Positions 1-8,131 of a stretch of 64,000 bases of DNA are shown here, piece by piece (the stretch's first letter is position 1; every line of letters begins with the position of its first letter). The stretch is from Candidatus Margulisiibacteriota bacterium. GTDB lineage: Bacteria; Margulisbacteria; WOR-1; O2-12-FULL-45-9. The stretch spans positions 34,833-98,832 of the forward strand of contig JBDRHP010000011.1 of assembly GCA_043816785.1 (NCBI GenBank), given 5' to 3'. Below the pieces are notes generated by a model. The model searched no databases. It saw only the letters and a program-made list of their open reading frames with translations, and had not been told where the DNA came from. The translations under genes and the position numbers were made by a program.

Positions 1-47
1 TTCTGACCAGGTCCCTGATCATTACTTGTTCCTCGGTCAATTGATAA

Positions 48-1025
48 TCAAGCATTGTTATCCTCCCATTTAATAACATTCGCCCCGCAGGTCAGGCCGG
101 CGCCAAACCCGGACAGGACGATTATATCACCGTTCTTTATTTTACCATCAGCTAGGGCTTCATCTAAAGCTAGGGGGATAGAAGCAGCTGAGGTATTTCC
201 GTACTTATGGAGATTAACATAAACTTTTTCTTTTGGCAATCCCATTTTTTTGGTTACATGATTGATTATTCGGACATTAGCCTGATGAGGGATGAGTAGG
301 TTAATGTCAGAAATTTCTAGCTTTGCCTTTTTCAAGACCTCACGGATAGATTCTTCAAGCACCCGGACCGCGAATTTAAAGACTTCCTTCCCATCCATGG
401 TGATGAACCTGCCGTTCTTTTCCTCGGGGTCGCGCGATCCGCCGCCCGGCATGATCAATTTATCACCCATATGACCTTCGGCCTTAAGCCAATTGGCTAA
501 GATGCCGGAGCCATTAGGAGAAGCGGTTAAAACAACCGCGCCAGCACCATCGCCGAACAGGATGCAGGTGCCCCGGTCATGCCAATCAAGGTATTTGGTC
601 AAAGTGTCAGCTCCGACCACCAGAACGTTTTTATAAAAGCCGTTTTCAATGAACTGCGAGGCAACGGTTAGGGCATAATTAAAACCAGAGCAGGCGGCTG
701 AAACATCAAAGGCCGCGGCCTTTGATGCCCCAAGTTTTTTTTGCAGAATACAGGCAACAGAAGGGAACAGGCAATCAGGGGAAGTTGTGCCGACGATTAT
801 CAGGTCGAGCCGCTCAATGGCCAGACCGGACTTTTTTAGCGCTTTTTCAGCTGCCAAAATGGCCAGGTCGGAAGTTGCGGTCGTGTTGTCTGAAACGCGG
901 CGTTCCTGAATGCCGGTCCGGGTTCTGATCCACTCGTCGTTGGTGTCAACGGTCTTGGCTAGGTCGTTATTGGTAACAACCTTATCCGGCACAGCGGAGC
1001 CAACGCCGATGATGGTCGCCCTCAC
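48..1025 (-). CDS. fabH: 3-oxoacyl-ACP synthase III (FabH)
   Basis: 325 aa. The N-terminus MRATIIGVGSAVP, the active-site region AAFDVSAACSGF and the C-terminal GFGAGLTCGA are typical KAS III features. It lies in the conserved yceD-rpmF-plsX-fabH order. Confidence 0.9.
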   Translation of the reverse strand: MRATIIGVGSAVPDKVVTNNDLAKTVDTNDEWIRTRTGIQERRVSDNTTATSDLAILAAEKALKKSGLAIERLDLIIVGTTSPDCLFPSVACILQKKLGASKAAAFDVSAACSGFNYALTVASQFIENGFYKNVLVVGADTLTKYLDWHDRGTCILFGDGAGAVVLTASPNGSGILANWLKAEGHMGDKLIMPGGGSRDPEEKNGRFITMDGKEVFKFAVRVLEESIREVLKKAKLEISDINLLIPHQANVRIINHVTKKMGLPKEKVYVNLHKYGNTSAASIPLALDEALADGKIKNGDIIVLSGFGAGLTCGANVIKWEDNNA

Positions 1026-2002
1026 AGGTTTTCCCTTAGCTTTGAGGTCATGTCGCCATTGACTGCCTCAACAGTTTCTCTAATGGCATTTTTTATAGCT
1101 GGAGCCTTAGCCCTACCGTGAGCCTTGAAGACTGTGCCGGCAATGCCTAAAAGCGGAGCTCCGCCATAGTCATCATAAGTAACTTTCTTGCGCAACCGAA
1201 ACAAGGCGGGCAGAAGGAAAGCCAAGCCGATCTTGTTCATCACGCCTTTGGAAAGCTCGCTTTTTAGCATCTGAAAGACCGAGGCTCCCAGGCTCTCTCC
1301 GAACTTCAAGATCAAGTTGCCGACAAACCCGTCACAAACGATCACGTCTGCCTTGCCCTGCAGAATCTCTTTGGATTCCACATTGCCGATAAAGTTAATT
1401 GGTAGTTCTTTGAGTAGTGGCCAGGCTTCACGGGTTAATTCGTTGCCCTTTTCTTTTTCTTCGCCGATGTTTAAGAGCCCGACCCGGGGATTTTCAATGT
1501 GCATGGTGTGTTTGGCATATAAGCTGCCCATCAGGGCGAATTGTTGGAGGTGTTTAGCTTTGCAGTCAACGTTGGCGCCTAAGTCTAGCAGGATTACTTT
1601 TCCTGCCGGCAGGGGAAATTCGCCAGCAATGGCTGGACGTTCAATGCCCGGGATCCTGCCAAGCTTAAAGAGAGAGGCGGCCATCAACGCGCCGGTATTG
1701 CCGGCAGAAACAATAGCGTCAGCTTTGCCTTCTTTGACCAGCGAAACAGCAACATTGATCGAGGCGTCTTTTTTTTGTTTAACTGCCTGGGCAGGGGACT
1801 CATCCATCCCAATAACTTCGGAGGCTGCAACAACTGGGAGCTTGCCCTTATCCTTGTACTTTTGGAGTTCTTGGCCGACTTTTTGAGGATCACCAACCAG
1901 AATGATCTCTACAGAGAGCTCCTGGCTGGCCAGAACAGCGCCTTTGACGATTTCAGCAGGAGCAAAGTCGCCGCCCATCGCATCGAGTGCGATTCTAACC
2001 AC
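1022..2002 (-). CDS. plsX: phosphate acyltransferase PlsX
   Basis: 326 aa. MVRIALDAMGGDFAP... is the PlsX N-terminus. It overlaps fabH by 4 nt. Confidence 0.9.
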   Translation of the reverse strand: MVRIALDAMGGDFAPAEIVKGAVLASQELSVEIILVGDPQKVGQELQKYKDKGKLPVVAASEVIGMDESPAQAVKQKKDASINVAVSLVKEGKADAIVSAGNTGALMAASLFKLGRIPGIERPAIAGEFPLPAGKVILLDLGANVDCKAKHLQQFALMGSLYAKHTMHIENPRVGLLNIGEEKEKGNELTREAWPLLKELPINFIGNVESKEILQGKADVIVCDGFVGNLILKFGESLGASVFQMLKSELSKGVMNKIGLAFLLPALFRLRKKVTYDDYGGAPLLGIAGTVFKAHGRAKAPAIKNAIRETVEAVNGDMTSKLRENL

Positions 2003-2209
2003 TTACTCTTTCCCCTTGCCTTTTTTCTTCTCTTTGATCTTTTTGACCTGGCGGCCCTTGTAGGTGCCGCAACTGGGGCAGGCATGGTGAGGAAGAAGAG
2101 CGGCCCCGCAACTGGGGCAGGTGCTTAGCTTGGCCGGAGAAAGCCGGTAGTTGGAAAATCTCCTCTTTCCCTGACGAACGTTCGAATGTCTCTTTTTTGG
2201 TACTGGCAT
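2003..2209 (-). CDS. rpmF: 50S ribosomal protein L32
   Basis: 68 aa with the MPVPKKRHS motif and a CPSCG...CPSCG zinc ribbon. Its position between yceD and plsX is canonical. Confidence 0.85.
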   Translation of the reverse strand: MPVPKKRHSNVRQGKRRFSNYRLSPAKLSTCPSCGAALLPHHACPSCGTYKGRQVKKIKEKKKGKGKE

Positions 2210-2210
2210 G

Positions 2211-2645
2211 TTATTTGTCTCCTTTTATTCCTTTACAATCTGGCGAGCAAAGGGTTTTTATTGGTTGCTCGAGCGAAAGATCCTGCCTGATCAACTCAGT
2301 CAGATCGATCGTGTTATCCTCTTCGATCGGCAAGACAAAATCTTCGTTTCTTAGCTCGATTTCTTTGCTTTTCTTCGGGATAAGCGGTTCCTTGCTGAAT
2401 TCCTCTTCCAGCTCGATCGCGATCGGATATTTAAACTTTTTCAGGCATCTTGAGCATTCTAGCTCAGCTTCGGTCTCTGCCCGGCCTAAAAGCAGGACTG
2501 AGGGGCCGATGTTCGCCAGGTGTGCATTTACTATAACTGGTTTGGTCAAGGTCAGGCCATCTTCCGGAAAACTGACTTTTTCGCTCTGTTCAATGTCTGT
2601 TTCGTTCCCGACCTTCTGCAGCAGTTCTGTAAGATCTATTCGCAC
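2211..2645 (-). CDS. YceD/DUF177 family protein (large-subunit rRNA accumulation protein)
   Basis: 144 aa acidic protein with a C-terminal CxxC...CxxC. It sits immediately upstream of rpmF, as in the conserved cluster. Confidence 0.65.
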   Translation of the reverse strand: MRIDLTELLQKVGNETDIEQSEKVSFPEDGLTLTKPVIVNAHLANIGPSVLLLGRAETEAELECSRCLKKFKYPIAIELEEEFSKEPLIPKKSKEIELRNEDFVLPIEEDNTIDLTELIRQDLSLEQPIKTLCSPDCKGIKGDK

Positions 2646-2682
2646 AACAAGGGGTTATTATACTGGATTTTTAAGGGGGTTG

Positions 2683-3570
2683 TCAACGATTTGCCCGGGG
2701 ATGGGCTGAATCATAGACCTCTTTGAGCCTTTCCTTAGTAATATGGGTATAAACTTGAGTGGTGGAGAGCGACACGTGACCCAGTAGTTCCTGAACCATC
2801 CTTAAGTCTGCTCCGCCAGCCAGCAAATGGGTAGCGAATGAATGGCGTAAGGTGTGAGGGGTAACCTTTTTGGTTAGGCCAGCCTTTTTAGCGTGGTGAA
2901 CGAGCATTCTTTCAACTGAACGGGTAGTTAAGCGACCGCCGCGGCGGTTAATAAAGATAGCCGGACTTTTTTTGTTGGACAACAATTTAGGCCGGCCATC
3001 TTTTAAGTATTTGTTTAAGGCTGCCCGAGCATGAGAACCAAACAAAACGATCCGTTCTTTTGAGCCTTTACCTAAAACCTTGATCTCTCCTTCGTCAAAA
3101 TCAACATCACCAAAATTCATTCTTCTGATCTCGGTGACTCGCAAGCCAGTTCCGTAAAGAACTTCGAGAATAGCCCGATCGCGCAAGCCGCGGGGACCCT
3201 TTTGGTCAGGAGCATTCAATAGCCCCTGCAGTTCTTCGGGGTATAGAAAGTTAGGTAGTTTTTTTGGCAATTTTGGAGTTAACAGGTTTTCAAAAGGGTT
3301 TTGATCGATCAGCTTTTCCCGCCGTAGAAAACGGAAGAAAGAGCGGGCCGAAGAAAGCTTCCTGGCGACCGAGCGGCGAGAATATCTTTTTTTTTCTAAA
3401 GCCAGCAGATATTCCCGGGCAGCTGAGCGGTCGATCTCCTTGTCCTTGAGAAAACCCAGTAAAAATCTTAGATCCCGCGCATAGTTGCTTAAGGTGTGTG
3501 GTGAATAGTTGCGTTCTGTCTTGAGGTGAGTAAGGAATTGCGAAATTCGATCTTGTTTCGGATTTCTCAC
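2683..3570 (-). CDS. tyrosine site-specific recombinase XerC/XerD family
   Basis: 295 aa. The catalytic-region motifs RHSFATHLL...GADLRMVQELLGH...TTQVYTH and a SAM-like N-terminal domain are present. Confidence 0.8.
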   Translation of the reverse strand: MRNPKQDRISQFLTHLKTERNYSPHTLSNYARDLRFLLGFLKDKEIDRSAAREYLLALEKKRYSRRSVARKLSSARSFFRFLRREKLIDQNPFENLLTPKLPKKLPNFLYPEELQGLLNAPDQKGPRGLRDRAILEVLYGTGLRVTEIRRMNFGDVDFDEGEIKVLGKGSKERIVLFGSHARAALNKYLKDGRPKLLSNKKSPAIFINRRGGRLTTRSVERMLVHHAKKAGLTKKVTPHTLRHSFATHLLAGGADLRMVQELLGHVSLSTTQVYTHITKERLKEVYDSAHPRANR

Positions 3571-3573
3571 GGC

Positions 3574-3996
3574 TTAAAGCCCGTACTTGGTTCTTTTTTC
3601 CGTGGTCAGCGGGTGATAATTATCGCCTTCTTTGACAACTCGAACAGGATCTCCTGGCCGGGTATCTATGTGGATGAAGGCTTCTTTGGGGTAGAAGACC
3701 ATGCCCCGCAGTTCCGGGATTGTTTCACAGTATTTAAATAATTCCTGAGGCGTGACCCCGTCAATATGGATGTGGGCCGCTTTGCCCTTAGTGTGAAGGC
3801 TGCGTTTTGGTTTATTTTGCTTTTCATGAAAAGCATCGCACCAGAAGCCGGAATCAACGCGCACTTTCTTGCGGAAATGACCGCCAAGTTGCTCCAGCGC
3901 CCCGACTAACCCCAGGTGTATCCTGTATTCTCCCCGGCATTCCGGACATCCGCAGGCAAAATCTTTATTATTAAAATGTTCACTCAGGTTGCCCAT
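3574..3996 (-). CDS. peptidase M15A-like (YcbK/DUF882-type zinc D-Ala-D-Ala carboxypeptidase fold) protein
   Basis: 140 aa. The SGFWC...H...KGKAAHIHID pattern resembles the SG(Y/F)R..H...G.A.D zinc-binding pattern of the Peptidase_M15_3 family. Confidence 0.45.
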   Translation of the reverse strand: MGNLSEHFNNKDFACGCPECRGEYRIHLGLVGALEQLGGHFRKKVRVDSGFWCDAFHEKQNKPKRSLHTKGKAAHIHIDGVTPQELFKYCETIPELRGMVFYPKEAFIHIDTRPGDPVRVVKEGDNYHPLTTEKRTKYGL

Positions 3997-4019
3997 AACA
4001 TTATTATATATTTATTTGG

Positions 4020-4048
4020 TTGACTTAGCAAACAGACGGGGCTATAAT
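4020..4048 (+). promoter_or_regulatory. sigma70-like promoter for metK
   Basis: TTGACT at 4020-4025, an exact 17 nt spacer, and TATAAT at 4043-4048. It lies about 77 nt upstream of the metK ATG, which has the SD GGGAGGAG. Confidence 0.5.
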
Positions 4049-4124
4049 AACTAGGATCCAAAATCAAATATTCTCACGAGCTTCATTAAATACCCGGTCC
4101 GCTCGTATGAGGGAGGAGAAAAAA

Positions 4125-5321
4125 ATGAAGAAGACGCACCTGTTTACCTCAGAATCCGTTACTGAAGGCCATCCCGATAAAGTCTGCGACCAGGTTTCTG
4201 ATGCCATCCTGGATACTATCATGGAAAAAGACCCCCCTGGCCGCGTGGCTGTGGAAACCCTGGTTACCAATGGCACCTGTATTGTGGCTGGAGAAATAAC
4301 CACGGGCTGTTACGTTGAGATCCCCCAGATCGTTAGAAATACCATTAAGGAGATCGGTTATACCCGGGCAAAATATGGTTTTGATTATGAAACCTGCGGG
4401 GTAATGATCGCTATCCAGGGCCAGTCCAAGGATATTGCTCGCGGAGTTGATAAGGCGTTGGAGATCAGGGGTGGTGAAGTGGTGAAAGAAGACTTGGAGG
4501 GGTTAGGGGCTGGGGATCAGGGATTGATGTTCGGTTTTGCCTGTGATGAGACCGAAGAGCTGATGCCATTGCCGATCAGTCTGGCGCATAAATTAGCCAA
4601 GAAATTAGCTGAAGTGCGCAAAACCGGGGAGCTGTCCTATTTGCGGCCAGACGGCAAATCCCAAGTAACCATTGAGTATGAAGACGATAAGCCTGTCAGA
4701 GTACACACGGCCTTGATCGCTGCGCAGCATTCTCCTGATGTTAATACAGATAAGATAAAATCAGATATTTTGGAACGGGTGATTATTCCCACTCTTCCCG
4801 CGGAAATGGTTGATGACAAGATAAAATATTATGTTAATCCGACCGGCAGGTTTGTGATCGGAGGACCACAGGGAGACACGGGCGTGACCGGCCGAAAGAT
4901 AATTGTTGATACCTACGGCGGCTATTCGCGCCATGGCGGCGGCGCTTTCTCAGGCAAAGACCCGACAAAAGTTGACCGCTCCGGCACTTATGCCGCGCGC
5001 TGGGTAGCGAAAAATATTGTAGCCGCTGGCCTGGCCAAAAAAGCTGAAGTCCAGCTGGCTTATGCCATCGGCATTGCTCACCCGTTGTCTATCATGGTTG
5101 ATACCTTTGGCACTGGCGAGATTCCGGATGCTAAGATCTCAAAATTAGTTGATGAGGTTTTTGATCTGCGGCCGGGTTTGATCATTAAGCATCTTAAATT
5201 ACGCCGGCCGCTCTATAAGCAGGTTGCGGCCTATGGCCATTTTGGCAGGTTGGACCTCGATCTACCCTGGGAAAAAACCGATAAGGCAACGGAGTTAAAG
5301 AAGAAAGCTAGTCGCTTGTAA
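4125..5321 (+). CDS. metK: S-adenosylmethionine synthetase
   Basis: [30 protein letters not shown] is the MetK signature N-terminus, and [16 protein letters not shown] is also present. I chose ATG 4125 over 4107 because the SD sits 6 nt upstream of it. Confidence 0.9.
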   Translation: MKKTHLFTSESVTEGHPDKVCDQVSDAILDTIMEKDPPGRVAVETLVTNGTCIVAGEITTGCYVEIPQIVRNTIKEIGYTRAKYGFDYETCGVMIAIQGQSKDIARGVDKALEIRGGEVVKEDLEGLGAGDQGLMFGFACDETEELMPLPISLAHKLAKKLAEVRKTGELSYLRPDGKSQVTIEYEDDKPVRVHTALIAAQHSPDVNTDKIKSDILERVIIPTLPAEMVDDKIKYYVNPTGRFVIGGPQGDTGVTGRKIIVDTYGGYSRHGGGAFSGKDPTKVDRSGTYAARWVAKNIVAAGLAKKAEVQLAYAIGIAHPLSIMVDTFGTGEIPDAKISKLVDEVFDLRPGLIIKHLKLRRPLYKQVAAYGHFGRLDLDLPWEKTDKATELKKKASRL

Positions 5322-5330
5322 TTTTTCAAA

Positions 5331-5435
5331 GGAACCTGCGAATGAACCCTTCGACTGGCTCAGGGCAGCACCGAGCGAAGTCGAGGTGCTTCGCGGTTCC
5401 TTTTTGGAAACCTAAGACTAAACGTCTCGGTTTCC
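5331..5435. repeat. structured intergenic repeat element, copy A (inverted relative to copy C)
   Basis: Its reverse complement matches copy C nearly base for base over about 75 nt (GGAACCGCGAAGCACCTCGACTTCGCTCGGTGCTGCCCTGAGC...CGAAGGGTTCATTCGCAGGTTCC). It also has a hairpin GGAAACC..GACTAAACGTC..GGTTTCC. It lies between the convergent metK and repeat-protein genes. Confidence 0.6.
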
Positions 5436-5440
5436 AAAAA

Positions 5441-8131
5441 TTAATAAAGCAGATATCTTTGCCCGTAAATGGCTTTGCCGCCGTCACTGTAATCTTCCCA
5501 GAAAACGTAAAAACTATCGTTATTTGGGGTTGCTACGATCTTTGGCGCCCGGCCGCCGTCTTTTGATTTGATCTTGAAACCGTTTTCTTCCCAGATCGGA
5601 TTACCATTGCTATCCAATCTCTGGACAAATATCTCGTAGAATTGTCCGGTGCGATAGTCTTCCCAGACGATCAATACGCTGTTGTTTTTCCAGGGAATGA
5701 CCTGAGGCGAGTACTGGGTATGAGGCAGGCTAACTACTGGGAGGCCCTCGGCTTTCCAGAGGAGCTTGCCAGCAGGCGAAACAGCGTTCGCAAAAATATC
5801 CCAATTGCCGTAACGGTAATCTTCCCAGACCAGGACATTGCTATTGCCAAATTGAGCATTTTGCTGCGTCCGGCTTAATTGGTTGATCGGGATTCCGTCG
5901 GTCATCCAGACCGGTTTACCTGCTTTATTTATTCGCTGGGCATAAATATCGTAGCTGCCGCCGCCTTTGTCGGTCCAGGAAATAATTGCTCCGCCAGTGC
6001 CGTCTCTAACTACTTTGGGAGTGTGCTGAACATCAGGAGCTCCGCAAACCAGCACGCCATCCTCCTGCCAGAGAACCTTCCCTTGGGTGTTGATCCGCTG
6101 AGCATAAATATCCGGGTTCCTGTCGCCGCGGCGAAAATCAGTCCAGGCCAGGATCGCGCCGCCAGCGTTATCTGAGATCATATCTGCGTCAACTTGCTCT
6201 CCATTGGCCGAGATAACAATCTTGCCTTTGCTGCCCCAGAGAAGATTGCCTTTGCTGGAGATCCGTTGGGCATAAATATCATCAAGACTTAAAGCATCCC
6301 GACCATCACACCAGGCAATGATTGCTCCGCCGGCACCATCGGAGATCATCAATGGCTTGGTCTGCCGCGAGTTAACCTGGGCAACAGGTAAGCTGCTTTC
6401 CCAGAGCCGCTTGCCGCTCGAACTCAAGCGCTGAAGACGAATAGAGGGTGAGCCATCAATGCGATGGTCTTCCCAGGCGACATAAGCCCCGCCTTGGCCA
6501 TCAGGGACCACCCGCGGCTCAGTTTGATTAGCAGCAACATTTGCGATCGCAATGCCGTCAGCTCCCCAGGCGAGGATGCCGGCCTTGGTGATCTTTTGGG
6601 CGTAAATATTAAAATACCCGTGACGGCCGTCCTCAAAGACCAGAATGATCTCATCCATGCCATTTTGTGTCAGCTGCACGTTTTGCTGCACGACTGAACC
6701 TTGGGCTGCGCAAACCAAGACGCCATCTTTTTGCCAGAGCAAAGTGCCGGCAGAAGATATCTTCTGTGAATAAATGTCAAAATTTCCAGTTCGCTTATCC
6801 CCCCAGGCAACCACAGCGTCCCCCTTCGGCGAAGCGGCAACTGCCGCGGACTTTTGACTTTCCCTGGCCGAAGCTATTGGGATACCTCGCTGGTCCCAGA
6901 CAGGAGTGCCGGCACTGTTGACCTTTTGGGCAAAGAGGTCAACCTTTCTTTTGCCGATCTGTTCATCTTCCCAGACAATGATCCACTCCTCATTTTTCAG
7001 CTTGGCAATAACAGGATTCTTTTGTTCGCCAAAGGCCCGACAGACCGGCCGGCCGTTTTCTGACCAGGCGATCTGGCCGTTGCTGTAGATCCTTTGCGCG
7101 TAAATATCACCTTTTTCTTCTCGCTGGTCTTCCCAGGCAATGATCACCCCGCCAGAATCATCTATTGCCAGTTGGGCATTTTGCTGTGGATAAGGATAAA
7201 TGCAAACAGCCACACCATCTTTTTCCCAAAGGATCTGGCCGTTGAGCGCTATTTTCTGAGCGTAAATATCGATATTGTTAGCGCGGGAATCATTCCAGGC
7301 GATGATCGCGCCATTGGACGTTTGCTGAATGACTGGTTGTTCTTGATTATGGGGTGCTGAGCAGATTGGAATGCCGTCCTTTTCCCAATAGGCTTTACCA
7401 GACGGGCTGATGCGCTGCGCGTAGATATCGTTGTTTGAAGAGCTGGCCCGGCCGTCTGTCCAGGCAATAATTGCTCCGCCGCCGCCATCACTGGCAATCT
7501 TGGGATACCATTGTGTGCCAGTGGCTACAGAAACTGGTGAGCCATCTTTTTCCCAAAGAACTTTTCCTTGACTGTCGATCCTTTGAGCGTAAATATCTTC
7601 CCCTGTGCCGCTGCGATAATCATGCCAGGTAATGATCGCGCCGCCAAAGCCATCTAAGACAATTTCGGGAGCGAACTGCCCTGCCGCAGCAGTGCAAATT
7701 GCTATGCCGCCCTTGCCCCAAACGGGTTTTCCATCGTAGGTTATGCGCTGCGCAAAGATGTCGGAATTTCCCTGGCGATAATCTTGCCAAACAACAATCA
7801 CGCCGCCGGCGCTGTCGCTGGCGGCCTTGGGAAAATTCTGATTACCAGGGGAATTACAGGCAGCGACACCGTTTTTTTGCCAGAGCAGCTTGCCGGACCC
7901 GTCAACCTTCTGGGCATAAACATCATAGAAACCAGCCCGGCCGTCTTCCCAAATAATCGTATAGCCGCCGTAGCCGTCACTTATGATTTGGGGGTTTTCT
8001 TGAGGCGTGTTGCCGGTCGTGTCATTGACCACGATGCCGTAGGTTGACCAGATGGCTTGGGGCTCTTCTTGTGCTTGGGCGGGAAGCAGAAAATAACCAA
8101 TAATCAACAACCAAGCAATAAGCAGCTTCAT
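5441..8131 (-). CDS. secreted tandem-repeat protein (about 16 x 52 aa beta-propeller-like repeats), unknown function
   Basis: 896 aa. The signal peptide is MKLLIAWLLIIGYFLLPAQAQ. The remainder is a periodic unit G..(I/V)..DG.GGAII.W.D.R.G..DIYAQRI...G..LW...G. Its start overlaps the smc stop (TAATG). Confidence 0.75.
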   Translation of the reverse strand: MKLLIAWLLIIGYFLLPAQAQEEPQAIWSTYGIVVNDTTGNTPQENPQIISDGYGGYTIIWEDGRAGFYDVYAQKVDGSGKLLWQKNGVAACNSPGNQNFPKAASDSAGGVIVVWQDYRQGNSDIFAQRITYDGKPVWGKGGIAICTAAAGQFAPEIVLDGFGGAIITWHDYRSGTGEDIYAQRIDSQGKVLWEKDGSPVSVATGTQWYPKIASDGGGGAIIAWTDGRASSSNNDIYAQRISPSGKAYWEKDGIPICSAPHNQEQPVIQQTSNGAIIAWNDSRANNIDIYAQKIALNGQILWEKDGVAVCIYPYPQQNAQLAIDDSGGVIIAWEDQREEKGDIYAQRIYSNGQIAWSENGRPVCRAFGEQKNPVIAKLKNEEWIIVWEDEQIGKRKVDLFAQKVNSAGTPVWDQRGIPIASARESQKSAAVAASPKGDAVVAWGDKRTGNFDIYSQKISSAGTLLWQKDGVLVCAAQGSVVQQNVQLTQNGMDEIILVFEDGRHGYFNIYAQKITKAGILAWGADGIAIANVAANQTEPRVVPDGQGGAYVAWEDHRIDGSPSIRLQRLSSSGKRLWESSLPVAQVNSRQTKPLMISDGAGGAIIAWCDGRDALSLDDIYAQRISSKGNLLWGSKGKIVISANGEQVDADMISDNAGGAILAWTDFRRGDRNPDIYAQRINTQGKVLWQEDGVLVCGAPDVQHTPKVVRDGTGGAIISWTDKGGGSYDIYAQRINKAGKPVWMTDGIPINQLSRTQQNAQFGNSNVLVWEDYRYGNWDIFANAVSPAGKLLWKAEGLPVVSLPHTQYSPQVIPWKNNSVLIVWEDYRTGQFYEIFVQRLDSNGNPIWEENGFKIKSKDGGRAPKIVATPNNDSFYVFWEDYSDGGKAIYGQRYLLY

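Noticed and set aside
1317-1886. 189 aa ORF on the plus strand
   Set aside because: It is antisense inside the well-supported plsX gene and has no RBS.
3997-4124. Possible SAM riboswitch upstream of metK
   Set aside because: Only about 77 nt lie between the -10 box and the ATG, and no SAM-I or SAM-II conserved helices are visible. It is a plain promoter plus SD leader.
5342-5566. 74 aa ORF on the plus strand after metK
   Set aside because: It lies across repeat element A and into the 3' end of the repeat-protein gene on the other strand. There is no RBS.
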